The position numbers and the translations under genes are program-made. From Styela clava (taxonomy: Eukaryota), in NCBI RefSeq assembly GCF_964204865.1, contig NC_135262.1, forward strand, positions 17,918,001 through 17,982,000: a stretch of DNA of 64,000 nucleotides, read 5' to 3'. This document shows, piece after piece, positions 13,843 to 27,238 of the stretch. The stretch's first letter is position 1. The number at the start of each line of letters is the position of its first letter. The notes under the pieces are model-generated. The model was given only the letters and a program-made list of their open reading frames with translations, was not told where the DNA came from and did no database searches.

Positions 13843-16800
13843 TTACAAAGTCTTTAAATCTGGAAGGCAGTTTTCGTTCTCGCCTTGGACGCTCATAAGG
13901 CTGAGTAATTGGTTCCTCCGAACTTGGCCTGGTCCACGGCCTGGAGCAATTTGCGACTCTTTGGCATTATTGTCAATTTTATTCTGGATGTCTTCTTCGT
14001 ATTTCTTTACAAATGTTGAATTGCGACGAAATTCTTTTCCCTTTTCATCTCTGACTGTGACTTCCCCTCCTTCCTTCTTGACGATTTCACACGGATATTT
14101 ATTGAAGTTTGTCGACATCTTGTCAACTTTCTCTTGCTTAACGAGCACCGAATCTCCGACCTCAACATCTTGTAAAATTGATCTGTTGTAATCTGAGTAA
14201 AATTTCCCTTGTAGCTTGTTTCTCCAGTCTCTGTCTCTGTGTTCTTCGCCGGTTATGTTGTATTTTGGTCTGATTTCTGGAAGCTTTGTTCTCATCTCTC
14301 GACCAAACATCAAATAATATGGCGATACTCCTGTCGTTGTATGCGGTGTAGACCTGTATGCAAGTAGAAATTTGTTTAATTCAGATTTCCAATCTTTACC
14401 TTCTACTTGGGCTATTCGTATGGCTTTCATTAAACTTCGGTTTTGTCTCTCCACCTCGCCGTTCGCTTGTGGTCACAATGGAGTAGTAGATTTATGTTGA
14501 ACTCCATGTTCGTCTAAAAATGATTTGAATTCATTAGATACAAGCTGTGGTGCATTGTCAGTTCTTAACGTAAGTGGAATTCCGTAACGTGAAAATATGG
14601 TGCTCAACGCTTCTATTATTTTCTTACTTGTTGTCGACCGCACAATTACAATTTCATAAAAACGACTGTAGTAATCTACAATTAGCCTACCAGTATGTTA
14701 TCACCAGAAGGCAAAGGTCCTAAAACATCGGCACAACAATCTATCCAAGGTCCACTGGGTGGTCGTGTTCGCGTCATTGGTTCAGGCGGACTATACGAAC
14801 TTGTTACCTGACATCCATGACATACTTTACATTTTCGTTCAGCATCACGATCAATGTTTGGCCACCACACTTTACTTCGAAGTCGATTTTTCGTCTTCAC
14901 AATTCCTTGGTGTCCTTCATGTGCAAGCTCTAGAACACGTTTTCTGAGTATCTGTGGAATTACAATTCTCGTACCACGTAAAATTAATTGACCACAAATA
15001 CAAAGTTCATTCTTCACATGCAAAAATGAATTACCACACGTTGACCAATTCTGTGATTTAATGCAATCTCTCACAATTTGCAATTCAGGGTCTTTAGCAG
15101 ATGCCTGCTCAATTTCATGTGGCGTCAAAGCAATCGGGCAACTACTTTGCACAACCATTCGTATGAAGAAATCATATTCCGCTGTTGTATCACGCTGGAC
15201 AGGCGCATTAAGACGAGATAATACATCAGCAATATTATTCTTACCCGGTCGGTATATTACCTTGAAGTCATACGCTTGCAATCGCACTACCCATCGTTCA
15301 ATCCTTGCTGAGGGCTTTGAAGTTTTAGAGTATATGCATTCCAAAGGTTTGTGATCGGTTTCAAGTTCAAATTTCCTGCCAAAAATATACAAGTTAAATC
15401 ACTCACATGCCCACACTATAGCCAAAGCTTCCTTTTCCGTCTGGCTATATCGTCTTTCTATGTCTGACATTGTCCTCGAAGCATACGAAATTACTCTCCA
15501 AATTCCGTCTTGCAGTTGGGTTAAAGCGGATCCTAGTCCTGTCGGTGAAGCATCTGCAATTATTCATGTCCTGCAGTCAGATCTGAAATAAGCTAATGTG
15601 TTTGCATTAGTTAACGAACGTTTCAATCTTTCGAATGAATTTTCACATTGCTTATCCCAATCAAATTTAGAATTTTTCTTAGTCAATGCACGTAAAGGCG
15701 CTGCAATCGAAGAAAGGTTTGGTATAAACTTTGCACAATATTGAACAAGACCCATAAAAGATTTTACTTCTCTGGCATCTTTTGGTCGTCGTGCATTTCT
15801 TACTGCCGCCACCTTTTCCTCACAAGGATCAATACCTTGACTTGTGAGCTTATGACCAAAAAACTTGATCTCAGGAAGTCGAAATTGACATTTCATACCA
15901 TTCAGTGTTAGACCGGCTTTGTCCAATTTATCAAGAACATTAAATAATCTTTCATCATGTTCCTTCACATTCCGCCCATGGATAATGATATCGTCCGTTA
16001 TGTTTGCGACACCCCGACAGTTCTTCACAACGTCTCTGATTATTTGCTGATACTTTTCTGGTGCAGATGATAAACCAAACATAAGTCTTTTGTATCTAAA
16101 AATTCCATTATTAGTTACGAACGTTGTGATATATCGGCATTTCTCATCAAGCAATATTTGATGAAACCTCCATTTCAGATCTAACTTCAAAAATACGGCG
16201 CTTCCGCTCAAGTCGTGGAGTAAGTCTTCAACAGTCGGTATAGGTTGCCTTTCACGGAGTATGGCTTGGTTAGCTCGGCGCATGTCAACACAAATTCTAA
16301 TATCTCCATCCTTTTTATGATCTACAGTTAAAGGCAAAATCCAGGTACTTGGACCTTCAGGCGCTTTTTCGATTATGTCTGCTTTCAGCATTTCATCTAT
16401 TTTTGCATCTACTTTGTCTCGCAACGCATATGATATACGGCGCAGAGGTTGAGCAATTGGTTTAACAGTTTTGTCAATATTCAAAGTCAATTTGTAATCT
16501 TTTAAAAGGCCAATTCCTTCAAACAATTTTCCATACTTGGGAAATATGTCAGAATTTGAAGTATCAATAGTTTTGGAACTCACTGCATTCACGGGCCCCA
16601 CTCTTAATACATTAAGTTTTGTTGCAGCTTCTTTTCCTAACAAAGTGTGACAATTGCCTTTGACAACAACAAAACCAGTCCGACATTTACTTTCATTATT
16701 CAAAACGAAAACATTAGCAGTAAACGTACCTAAGACTTGAAGTGGTTTAGTACTTCCATAAGCGTAGAGTGATGGTATCGAGCATTTTCTCGAATTACAC

Positions 16801-17799
16801 ACAATTCTCTCACTCTTCAGCCATTCCCAAGTATTGCTTCCCAAGAAATTTCGGCAAGCACCCGAATCAATTATTACATTCGACAAATTAACTCCTCCCA
16901 CATTTAAAGTAATTATTCCATCATGGTAGGAATTGTGATCTCTCACGGTGAATGTAAACTCACTATTTTCGTCATTCGAACAATCAACACAATTCGTATC
17001 ATTCAACCGCTTACCGTTTTTATTTATTCTCGGTTGGTTTCGGCATTGCTCATTATGTCCTTGTTGCCGTGCAGGTTTACCTCGAAATTTACCACATCGA
17101 ACTTTGAAATGTCCCATTCTTCCGCATTTTGAGCATCGTTTACCTCTTGCTGGGCACATCTTATCTCTGGAAAAATGTCCGATTCGGCCACAAGAATAAC
17201 ATTCCCTTTCCTTTCCTGTAACAGATGTATAACGGCTTGGATTATTTACTTAATTCACCTGGTGCGATTCTGCGTCAGCTTCAACTGCTTTCGCCTGATG
17301 ATCAACAGCTTCCATAGCCCTTGCAATTTTTAGCAAATCACTTAATTCGAGATTTTCCTTTTCGAGAAATCTTCGTCGCATGGAATTGGACCGACAATTA
17401 TCAATCACTTGGTCCCGTATGTGATCATCTTCTTTATCATCGAAGCCACATGTTGTTGCTCTTTGACGTAACCTACAAACAAACTGATCGAACGTTTCAT
17501 CACTGGCCTAAATGTCTTTCAAAAGGAATATTGGATTTCGGAGTAAAATATTCATCAAGTAAATTTAAAGTTTCGGTAAATGTTTTCTCTTCATCGAGTC
17601 CCGCTAAAGTATAAAAAATATTTTGTACCTTTACACCAGCGGTGAACAAAAGCAAAGCTTTCTTGGAGCTATCTTCCGTCGTTCCCTTGGCCGTCAAATA
17701 TAATTTAAATGAACGTCTCCAACGTTGCCACCGTTGGGAAATACCGTGCGGGTCTCCACCGGAATCAAATGGTTGCATCGTTCCAATGTTATTCTGCAT
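13843..17799 (-). pseudogene. Disrupted gag-pol polyprotein of the Gypsy element
   Basis: Two CCHC knuckles (CYSCGRIGHFSRDKMC, CSKCGRMGHFKVRC), protease IIDSGA, RT (RICVDMRRAN, MFGLSSAP, ITDD), RNase H (ADAS, TDHKPL), integrase (HEGHQG...CHGC, QANGEVERQNR). Split by several stops and frameshifts. Confidence 0.93.
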
Positions 17800-17915
17800 G
17801 ATCTTGGATGGCTATATTCATGCTATATAGAATAGATCTGTTTCAATCAAAAAAAGTTACCAACGATTTTCTTTATCGTCCAAGTCCAGCAGGTCTTCGT
17901 CAATTGTAATTCAAT

Positions 17916-17928
17916 ATCCTCGTCGCCA
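17916..17928 (-). promoter_or_regulatory. Primer-binding site complementary to the tRNA-Ser(GCU) 3' end
   Basis: TGGCGACGAGGAT, 2 nt inside the 5' LTR; reverse complement of ...ATCCTCGTCG-CCA. Confidence 0.85.
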
Positions 17929-17930
17929 GT

Positions 17931-18215
17931 TGTAGTGTCTCGCCTCTATCTTCAATGTTCTTTATCTCGCTAAGCTTTCCTCAAGGCAACACACGATATT
18001 TCACACAAAATAGGAGGCTTTTACAGCTACAATTCAGTATGCACAAAAGTAACTGATACAACTTAATAAACAGCGAATAACACCATACAATACAACCAGC
18101 ACCAGCCACGCCGTCAATATCTTTCTGCTCCCCTTGGCATGTATCCTTGCGCATTTATATCGCGCAGGACTAAATCAATCATGCAATTCATGACCATCGG
18201 ACCATGAACACTACA
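17931..18215 (-). repeat. 5' LTR of the Gypsy element (285 bp)
   Basis: Direct repeat of 13540-13798 (about 5 substitutions and 3 indels by eye); adjacent to the PBS. Confidence 0.95.
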
Positions 18216-18294
18216 ATAACTGCTATCGACTAGGACTCAGTGGTTTTCGAACTTCATTGTATTGTGACGCCCTCCAAAAATATGCTCAAGTTAC

Positions 18295-18493
18295 GGTGAC
18301 CGTACATTTGAACCCACGTACATTTGAACCCATGTGTATATCCACGGGTTTAATCTATATGCGGGTGCTAAAACCCATGGGTTAGGGTTAGTATGGGTTC
18401 AACTATCCGAAAAACAAAAAAAATTCCATAGGTGCAGGTACAGGTGCAATTGTCATGGGTTCAAATGTACGTGGGCTCAAATGTAATGGAACC
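18295..18493. mobile_element. MULE/foldback-like MITE with long TIRs
   Basis: GGTGACCGTACATTTGAACCCACGTACATTTGAACCCATG ... CATGGGTTCAAATGTACGTGGGCTCAAATGTAATGGAACC; 9-bp TSD TCAAGTTAC (18286-18294, 18494-18502). Confidence 0.85.
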
Positions 18494-19081
18494 TCAAGTT
18501 ACGACTACCCGTGAAAATACGTATTGATACCTTTCAATAAAAGACTTTTTTTGCAATGAGTTTCGTATAAAGGAGCAAACAATACATAGCGACAGTCAGT
18601 GAAATCATATTTAATGGGCCTTGGTAGAAAAGTCTGCTTTATATAAAAATGAAATCACAAAGGCGATAGGAGACGGCAACGCTTTTTGAACCAAGAAAAA
18701 TAATCTTTATCTACAAAAAAACGAACTTTTTTATTGTAACACCATCCCAGGTAAGATCGATATATTCTTCCTTTTTTTCTGTAAAAGTAGAAGATATGGG
18801 TTGTTTGAAAGGTTCACGAATCACGAAATTTTTCGACGTCCTATAGCAAAATTGAAACGACGCACTTCCATGGGATTAGGTCAAAAAAATAAATTGAAGA
18901 CTTAAAAAGTCTTTTTTAAAGGTGAGCGCTTAGATTAAAATCATTTCTAAAATTCAGGCTTGGTTTTATTTTCGGGGAAACACAGTAGAATCACCGCGCT
19001 TGCATAACAATGCATATTCTGATCGTAAGACGCGATTTGCGTGTGCTTGTATAACAATACCGGCTTTAATAATCGTTAAGC

Positions 19082-19447
19082 TAGCGGTTCCCGAAGGCGA
19101 TTTGCTAAGTGCGCCTCAAAATATGTAACATATTTTATTTATTCTAAATGTTTTATTGTTTCTCATTATTGCAAATGATGTGTATACGAATTAATTTCAT
19201 TTTACTGTTCTATGTTGTGTACGCTCTGTTACGTCGGGTATCCTACATGCTGAAATTTCGTAGGCTGCAGTTTATACCTTTGCTGAACATGAGTTATTTT
19301 TGTAGCATTTTGAAGAAAAACTAGGCAGAGATAAGATAAGTACATATTAACGATGACAAAATTGTGTTTTATTATCAGGCAGCATATTTTTCGTGTAGGT
19401 GCGCCATGAGTTTTTCCCTTGATAATTTGGCGCCACACAAACCGCTG
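19082..19447. mobile_element. hAT MITE, same family as 7926-8338
   Basis: Shared blocks (GCGA.TTGCTAAGT, TTTCATTTTAC, TGATAATTTGGCGCCA...AACCGCTG). Confidence 0.7.
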
Positions 19448-20662
19448 TCTTATGCTAAGTTTGATCAATAAGAGTGAACAATTCCGGAAAAAGACCATGC
19501 CGTCGGTGGCCAGACATCGTATTTCATCATTTAGGCCTGCCTAAACAAACATTGAACCAAGGCTGGACTTGCTATGCAGCAAATAGTAGTCGCACCCATT
19601 ACACTGAATAATTGAGTAACGTTAATCTGAGTAAATATGTTTTTGTTATTGAGTAGGCCTACTAAAAGTTGAGAATTAGCTGTGTCAATAAAACATCAAA
19701 AATGCATATTTCGAGCTGTTTAGCATTATTAGCGCGAAGGAGGGCCGCGGAAAATTTTAATATATTAAAAAGGGCCGCGAGCTCAAAAGTTTGGGAAGCC
19801 CTGGTGTAGGTAATAACTGGTGCTATCACCTAACTAGGAATATGGAATGATATTGCGTGATTCAATGTCGGGTCGGCTTAGTGAAAACTCAGAAGGAGGA
19901 GAGCGACATGCAGGAGAACTCACGGATGCCAAATTCTTGGTCGGAATAGACAGCTAAGTAGGCTCACTCAAATATATTAGGGACTCGCGTGTTATAAAGA
20001 ATGAGATTAATACAATTAATTATTAGTATCAAATTTTAGATAAGAAACCATATCATTTAATTAACCGAATATGAATCTACTGCGACTACGGAAAATAGAT
20101 ATTGCGAAAGACTTTTCTAGAACACAACAAAGTGTTCATAAATAAAAAAAAATTGAAGTAGATTTTGGAATTTTTATATTCGCTAGTACTAATTAATAGT
20201 TACGATTGTGGTGTCCACTATCGAAGAAACTTCAGCTTTTTTGGAAGCTTTCAGTTTTTAGATTTCCATCTATGGTGCTCTTAAAACTCGAAGAATATAA
20301 TTTCACATATTTTAGTATAGAATTGAAATAACTTCCGAATTGATTTTTTGTCGATTTTATTGAAGAATGAGCAGAAGTTTTAAAACGTTATATAAACATC
20401 TCCATCCGACACATCAAAATACTGAATGTACTATTGATTCCAATTTAAGTCAATACATGTGGCTCGAAAATATATAGTAGATACGACAAAAAGGAAATTA
20501 GCTAAAAAGGGTTCTGGTAACTACGACAAACAAGATAACCAACTACAAGAGATATACTATCAACGATAAAGAATGATTGAACAGCATAACTACCTGAAGA
20601 TGAATCCAGCAAACCGCCAATACTTGTTTATTCAGATTAAAGGCTAGCTATACTACATAGAA

Positions 20663-21290
20663 CAGGGTTTCCCAACCTGGGGTCCGCGGACCACTGGTGG
20701 TCGGTGACGACTACACAGGGGTCCGGAGCGATATTAAGAGTCTGAAATATATACGTTTAACGTATATCCATTGTTACATAGACATTCATAAACGAGATCA
20801 AGTCGCAAGTTCACGCAATCTCAAATGGTACATGTTACAAGACCTTAACAATGGGAGTGAAAAAGTTGTTGTAAATGTACACGATCGTTGCTTTCAGCGT
20901 CTGTGAAGTAGACCTCTGTCATCGTCGGTAATAATTGACTGTATGCGTTATTGAGGTATCACCAGTCAAGAACATGAGCGACTTTGCCAAGGTCATTTGA
21001 GCCCCGTTGCTGCAAGAAAGAGGCGTGAAACCCAGTTAAGTTACTTGTGAGAGACTATCCAAGCATACACAATTAAATTGGTCCGTTGTCGTAGAGTTGG
21101 GCCTACGAGTTTGCTTGTCACAAATTGATCCGTCACATTATTGTCGTTTGTGTTGTTGTGTTCTAAATCCACATGACACATTATCCTTCCTCCTCGGTTG
21201 GTTACGCACATAAATTGGCAAAAGATAAGGGTCCGTAAAAATAATATCCACAAACAGGGGTCCGCGGTCCAAAAAGTTTGGGAAACTCTG
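20663..21290. mobile_element. hAT MITE
   Basis: TIRs CAGGGTTTCCCAAC ... TTTGGGAAACTCTG; GGGGTCCG subterminal repeats; TSD ACATAGAA/ACACAGAA. Confidence 0.85.
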
Positions 21291-22649
21291 ACACAGAATA
21301 TAAATCTACATTACAATCAACATTTGCATGTTGAACATGTTCGAGATAAAGATTTACGAGATTTGGGATGAACGTGTCATATCAAATGGACTTGGACAAC
21401 TTGGATTTAACTATTTTTTTTTAACAAGAGGCATTTGAATAAAAGGACCCGTGGCCGTGAATCGTTCCAAATTCTTGTTGTTGCTGGGTTCGTTATTGCT
21501 TCTAATTCAAATTTTATTAGTTAAGAGTTGTTGAAGGCGCTGAAATTATTTTACAAAATTTCTCGATAATCCATCGAAATTTTGCTGAAATATCCTAATT
21601 CATGGAAATTTTTATTATATTAAATGGTAACAAGTTATTCCGCTATGTTTGTCCTCCTCTGAAACACTTATCTGCAAATTATTCCAGTAAATTAGGTGCT
21701 CAGAAAACTCGAAGCCGTACCGTAATGTTAACGATGTGCAATCTTGGCTTCCATATAATTGAGTATTGCTATCTTGTAACTATATTTGACTGTTTACACT
21801 TATTTATCACGAATCTAACCAATTAAAATCAACAATTATATTTAGAATGAAAAAGAAAAAAAAGTTGTAGTCTGATTTTTTTTTATCCGTTGTCAAATTT
21901 AAAATTTTTGTCAAATCCAGTGTCAAAACCGGAGTTTTCGCTGATACCCTTACCTGTGGCATTCAGCGCCACTGCATATATGGTGAAAGCAAGACTTGAA
22001 GCACTCCGCTTAAATCTATATTGTAACGAAAACTGCATACTGATGAATCGGATTATCATTTTGAATTGACAAACCGAGGTTCCCCATAGAAAGGTTTAGT
22101 ATTTAAATGAATTTGATTGTTTTACCAAAGAGAATCATAGTAGTCCTGAATTTGTGAAATTTTATACATTTTGACGAATAAGGTCTTTTAATTAAGACTG
22201 TCATTGGAGAAATAAATATTCAGACAGAAAGGTATATTTATCTTGCCATTTAGTCTATTCGTGGGTATCACAGTACTGAATTCAGCCGCTCGATTATCAT
22301 TCAGTTTTCGAAAACATGTATTTGTATGTTTTCATATCTTCACTTTGTTTCAGGTTTCCCAATACGCGGCATTCATATGTTATTGTATATTATTCCACAT
22401 CTAAAACATGGATGCTTTGTGATCTTGTCAAAGTCTTGTAATTTTATCATAGAATTAAAAAAGAAATATTCCAGTTTCCAGTTAGATATCTTCGACGCAA
22501 AGCAAATAAATCAAATACACTCGAGATAAAATTGAATTGAAAGTAATATATTTATATAAAACACAATTTGGCCTTTTCCCATGCATGGCAACAGTTACCT
22601 ATGTGGAACTTGAATCCTATTTCATCCATTGCTTTGCGCGATATCAATT

Positions 22650-25600
22650 TTAAGTCGATTTTTTCTTTCTTAATGTCTTTATAACCGCTTTGCTGATCAA
22701 AGAGAACCAATACACGTTAAGTATGTCAAACACGACCGTAGCGGAGAGAAAAATGATCTTGTTCAATGTAGATATTCTATGAAAAATAAAATACACATTA
22801 TGGAAGTTAATCAGGCACTGAGACAAACATGTCCTAATGAAAAGAAAACGACGCGCTATCAAATTGGATGCAAATGTGTGGAGATTATTTGTTTATTTTT
22901 GTATTGTTTACCTTGCTTGGCAGTATGTATGCTCCCCAATATATTGCACTATGTTAATTTGATCTTTATTAAAACTAAGTTACTAAGTTACTAAAACTAA
23001 GTTAAAACAAGAAATTTGTTAATACCCAGCAACTTGAAATATCGATACTCTTTCTATCACTAGCTAAGTTCTCGTGAATTAATTTCGGTGGTAATAAGTT
23101 ATTTGATTGAGGAAAATTCCAAATATTTCATTGATGAATTCAAAATAACAACTCAGTTATATTTGGAATTGTTGTAACTTGTGAGACCTTCTGAAGCGCG
23201 AGCAATATACTCTATAGCTATATGTAGAAATATTGCTGTGGCGTTGAAGATGATATTAGTTAACTAGTTTGAATTCATAAAAAAACCTTTAGGTATATTT
23301 TATACCTGGAAAAGGCTTCAGTTCCGGTGTTGTTCAATATTGCGCTATAGCAGAACGGAATAGTGGCAATCCGACCGATGAAAAATAGTACCGTAAAAAT
23401 GAGACCGTTGATTATGTATGCGGGACTATCTTTTTTCTTCCACGTTAAAAGTGCCCACCTAAAAGCAGAAAAATTCGATATGTAGACTATTTTTGTGTTG
23501 TTCATTATCCAACTTATTGTTAAATCTTTAATCGGGATTTGCTTAATCGTGTGTGGCCTTCGATAATAAACCACGCTATATAGAATACAGAATACTATAA
23601 GGAATTAGGCTTGAATTGTCGTAAAGGTATCCATATTTCTACCATCACCGTATAAAAGTGTTACCTTGTATGCATAAATGGTGTAGATATATCGTTGAAC
23701 ATTCGTAAGCAAGTGTGAAATGCATACACCTTATTTACCTAAAAATTAAATCTCAGATCTCACAGTTGTATTTTGTACGTATATATAAACCAAAAAGAGA
23801 AAATCATTCGAGTTCAGACTATAATAAGCTATTTCGAATGTTGTTATATTTTACCCATGACAACCTTCTATAATCGCATCATTGAAATATGCATAGGTAT
23901 TTTTGAATTTTCAATTAAAAATTTTATAAATTTAGGTAATCTACAAGGTCATATTGATTTGAGAAGTTGTGTATTACTCCAAGCAGTCATTCGAAAATAT
24001 TTGAAGTATTACTGTATCGTAATACGCCATAACAAAAGAGCAATGCTCGAAATATGAAGACCTATGCCCAATAACTTACCGACACAATAATATCAGTTAT
24101 CTCACGATTTAAAATAAAACAACGAAATATTTGATCTCATGCGGTTCAAAAGAAATTTGAGCAAATAAAAGTAACGATCTCCTAGTGACTTATTCCAAGT
24201 TTAATTTCACAAATTTTGAAATCACTAGTCCATTAGGTCTGAAAAAGTGATTTTTTCCGCACGAAAATGTCGCATCAACGGTAAGACTAACAACGACTAT
24301 TTAGCAAAACGATTCATATGGCAATTTCGTGTCGAATTACACTTTCAAGTTAGCTTCGGGCACTGTAACCTACCACCACCATTCCACAGCCAATTATTGC
24401 CGCAACATGATGCCAATAATATTGGGTTTTCATTTTCTGAGTATCACAATACACCAGAAGTAACATGTCTGTAACAAAGCGGTGAAAAATTATTAAATTT
24501 GCATTCCGGGTTATTCAGTACCCATTCCGGGATATTTATATATGTAAATGAAATTTTGTAATTCTTAAATAAAATTCTCTCAAACAAATAGAATATATGG
24601 AATACGAAGGCATGTTTTTACACTTTAGCATGGCTTTAAATATGCTTAAAATCAATTTAACATACACACAACTGACGCGACTCAACTTCCTTTACAACAC
24701 ATTGTGGTCAAATAGCCTAAGCAGATTAAAATAATCGAGATATATAAATTGAGATAAATAGTAAACTTTCTTATGTCATGTGCCATAAACTCCATATTAC
24801 ATGATGTTTACTCAAACAAACGTATAGATTATGCATCATGTATTACTTACTCATCATCCAGCGGAACGATTTATATTTTGCTACGAGATAAATTGTTTCT
24901 TGTTTTAATAATGATTTAGGAACCAATACTTACCGGAAATCATGTATCCGATTACGAATGATGACAAAAGTCGGGTAGCATGGCTATCATACCTGTTAGC
25001 AGACAAAATGTCGAAATAGTGCATATGAATATAAAATTTTTCCCCCACGTTTGATGATAAATGAATTTAAAGTGAGGAAAGTCGCGCATACGTGAAACAG
25101 ATAACGAATGAAAAAATACATAAGTGTAATTATTCATCGACTTATTTCAACAACTCAAATTAACGAAAAACTCAAATGAATTTTTATATTTGTGCAACAT
25201 AGGAATTGTCATCTGCGTAGTCTTCGCAAAAGATCGACAACGGGATTGGGTAGCGGCCTGCCTGATGTTGACAATAAGTCACTGTTCACAAAATACGTAC
25301 GTATTTCATGGACTGAAATCACAGTACCAACAATTCAATTTAAAAGAAACGTACCAAAACACGTCGCTTCTTAGGTCTTCTGTTAAGAGTATATATGTAG
25401 CACTCGGTCCAATTATTAGAGCACTAATAATAGACGCAAAACTGTAAAATCAAAATAAAATGATATAAAAACTTCGGTAAGGATGAATGAGTAAAATATC
25501 AACCACATTTCAAAATATTTTGCATAAATGGCTAATTTGGAGATAGATATAGAATAGATTTTCTTGTCAACATATTTTACAGCCTGCCGCATTAAAAACG

Positions 25601-25998
25601 ACTCTGAATTACTACACCATTTCATCAGTGTGCCATATCATAATATGTAAATAACAATGATAATTTCAAAATATTTAATCCCATTATTGGGCCGCTTATA
25701 CATGCTCCGACATCGATCATGTGATAAATCCCAATTACTACACTATACAGTAAATTGTATTAATGATTGTATCTTAAACCTTGCAATTTGCTAACGTTGT
25801 TCATTACCTTATTTTCCACGTCCATTTGTCTTCTTCTGACATTTCCTCATAGTATTTAGGAATAACTTTCTTTGAGACAATGGCAGAAACATAGACGCCA
25901 ATAAACAACATTAAAATGGAAGTGGCAACAACGGTGGCCGAGTAGGTAATGATTTCAGTTTCGAGCAACATACTTACATTTGCATTAAAGTTCGGCAT
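22650..25998 (-). CDS. TLCD4: TLC-domain membrane protein, TLCD4/TMEM56-like. Exons 25808-25998, 25355-25441, 24934-24992, 24374-24468, 23665-23738, 23306-23458, 22650-22776
   Basis: Spliced translation gives TLC motifs GYMISD, YYWHH, LRMFNDISTPFMHTRW, INGLIFTVLFFIGRIA, FDILNVYWFSLISK. All GT-AG, phases consistent, open from ATG to stop. Confidence 0.88.
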
Positions 25999-26570
25999 AA
26001 AATATTAAAAATAAACTTTTTAATTAATGTACACCATAACCTAGAACATTGAAGTATTTATTGATCATTGAAGTTTGGACTGAGCTAAAGATAATTAGAA
26101 GCTGTCGTAGCCTACTACATACTGATCACACATCGTAACTTTTAACAAGCATAGTTCAAAAAAAATTGGATCGTTACAAAATTTAGTAATCATATATTCA
26201 ACCACAGTATAGCCCCAACCATCCCAGGAAACGCAAATTTTCCCCAGGAGCTCCCAACAACCATCATGAGACGGACGCATTATATGATTATAAAATAATG
26301 TCTGTGTTCCGAATGCCCAGTACGTCCACTTTAAAACGTTTCTAATCAATAAAATAAAATAACGGAAATGAAATTTATCAAAAATGATGTGCGCAATGAT
26401 AGAAAAGAGAAATAATACTGCATGATGCTAATATTTGTTTCCAGATTTGTCAAGAGCCTGAGCATATACGTTATATAAATCCGAATGCCACATTCCTTTG
26501 GTTATCGTCTCTTGAGATCATTTGACAATGGGAGACAATTCTGCGGTGAGTTTTATTTAATTATATATAC

Positions 26571-27238
26571 AAGGGTGGTCCAACATGCAGGCCCGTGGGC
26601 CACATGTGTCCCGCCGCTTCATTATCTGTGACCCGCGTCGCATTTGCGCGAGGGTGAACAAAAAATCGCATTTGGTGTTGTTTCGTCATTTTTACCTGGC
26701 TTTTCATTTTTTTAGTTGGGATTTAGGTTGGCTAGGCCTGATAACTAAATATTAATGTTATGGCCGAACAATACAATTTCCACCGGGTGTTTTTTTGTAA
26801 CCAGCCTAAACAGTATTACAAAAAATGCTGCCTATATGTCAGAAAATTTAGTAATTATCCTCCTGTATCTCAAATTTGTTAAAATTCGGCAAGCAATCAA
26901 TCTGCAGTTCCTTCTAAGTTATTTTGTGAACATGAGTTTAAAAATAAAGCCAACCAATTCAAACTTATTTTTGACTGGGTGTGGGAGGGAAATTACCACA
27001 ATGCTTGCTTGATATGTCCGCAAGTTGTGTCGGTGACAATCTAATACGGCAGTTTCTCCTTATGACACTTTCTCCGTTATGAAAAGTTTGAAATATTACA
27101 CTAAATATAGATATAGTGAGATTTTTGCACGTTTCAGAGAGTTTTTTATTTGTGGTTTTTGCACGCTTCAGCTTTAAAAAAACAATGTAAAATAATGATC
27201 AATGTATTTGACAAGGTCGACAACCTTGGACCACCCCG
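26571..27238. mobile_element. hAT MITE
   Basis: TIRs AAGGGTGGTCCAA ... TTGGACCACCCCG; GGCCCG subterminal motifs; TSD ATATATAC/ATATATAT. Confidence 0.7.

Larger units (their letters stand above)
13540..18215 (-). mobile_element. Full-length, decayed Ty3/Gypsy LTR retrotransposon (Mag-like)
   Basis: LTRs TGT...ACA at 13540-13798 and 17931-18215; 5-bp TSD ATAAC; PBS and polypurine tract (AAAAGGAGGGA) on the minus strand; gag-PR-RT-RH-IN order. Confidence 0.97.
13210..19803. mobile_element. hAT MITE expanded by nested insertions
   Basis: TIRs CAGGGCTTTTCAAACT ... AGTTTGGGAAGCCCTG; paired GGGCCGCG subterminal motifs; TSD GTGTAGAT/GTGTAGGT (7/8 match). Confidence 0.75.

Noticed and set aside
13787-17830. 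Plus-strand ORFs over the Gypsy element (and similar antisense ORFs over GALNT and BEL pol)
   Set aside because: Antisense shadows of real coding frames.
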